DNA of 21,294 nt, taken from NCBI RefSeq assembly GCF_006345805.1, contig NW_021823802.1:1-21294 (forward strand), written 5' to 3'. The DNA is from Octopus sinensis (taxonomy: Eukaryota). Shown one piece after another: positions 20,428 through 21,294 of this stretch (its first letter is position 1; each line of letters starts with the position of its first letter). A program made the translations under genes and the position numbers. The notes under the pieces are model-generated. The model saw only the letters and a list, made by a program, of their open reading frames with translations, ran no database searches and had not been told where the DNA came from.

Positions 20428-21223
20428 AAAGAACAAATAATTAAAAGAACAAATAATTAAAAGAGCAAATAATTAAAGACTGGAAACGTAAAGAATATCC
20501 AAAGAGGACCCCCCCCCCCACTATTCCCTGTTTGATGCTAATGCTGTCAACTAATTTACTAAAACAGGAGTGGTATGTGATGACAGCTAATCATCGTTTG
20601 TGTCGGTTTAACATCAATGCTGTATGCAAAAAGATTACAACCAACCAACTGCCGGCTGTTACATTCACTGCTCCGATACGGTAGAGAAATTAGCATGAAA
20701 TTAAGTTTTTTGTTTTTTTTTTTTTGTAGGAGTGATGGTTTAAAAAAATATAACAATTCATTCTTGAAGAGAAGAAAATATAAATCAGAGGAATCGTGTC
20801 AGATAAAGAGACAGAAATTAGAAAATTAGACTAAACACAGACTTACAAACAGTTTGAAATTAGACAGTGTAAAAAAACATGTATACAAGTAAAAGAACGG
20901 GTTACGACGCATTAGATTAATACTTAAAAGAGATTTACATGCCAAAAATAAGTTAATAGGTATCATTATTCGAGCTATTTCAGAAATAAATTAAGTTATA
21001 ATATTCTTAACAGAATAACAAACTATTAGATTAGGAAATAGACGGTGCAACAAGAAAAATAATGACTCTATTTTGAAATGCACAAAATCCGATACAAAGT
21101 TATTATATTTATGATGAATACAAGGAAATCTTCCGTAACAAGGAAATCGTAATAAAATATCTACTGAAGGTAGTCAAAGAGATGTAGACAAAATAGAATG
21201 AAACTAATACAAGTATCTGAAAT

Positions 21224-21294
21224 GGAAGCACTCATCGGTTACGACGACGAGGGTTCCGGTTGATCCGAATCAACGGAACAGCCTGCTCGTGAAA
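21224..21294 (-). mobile_element. 3' end of SINE family A tail type 3 (cut by window edge)
   Basis: GGTTCCGGTTGATCCGAATCAACGGAACAGCCTGCTCGTGAAA matches 18836-18876 except for one extra G. Confidence 0.85.

Overview
Eukaryotic, AT-rich, repeat-dominated DNA with no intact host gene that I can support. The repeats look like those I associate with Octopus/coleoid cephalopod genomes; this is recollection and inference, not a database result. Most listed ORFs are microsatellite or repeat artefacts. The window holds two decayed non-LTR retrotransposons on the minus strand: a CR1-type RT relic (3116-4812) and an R4/Dong-like RT + CCHC + restriction-like endonuclease relic (12144-13516). It also holds three tRNA-derived SINE families, which I label A, B and C (about 17 copies or fragments), two TA-flanked Tc1/mariner-type MITEs, two copies of an 8-bp-TSD GG-terminal MITE carrying TTAGGG repeats, a 320-bp palindrome, a Penelope-like repeat with a minimal hammerhead-like motif, and many microsatellites. 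The most interesting structure is family C: one Pol III head followed by 1-3 tandem ~184-bp B-box-containing units, with target-site duplications (TSDs) bracketing the whole multimer, so the multimers were mobilised as such. Also notable are family A (one head/body with interchangeable 3' tails) and a LINE-SINE shared 3' end visible inside the window.
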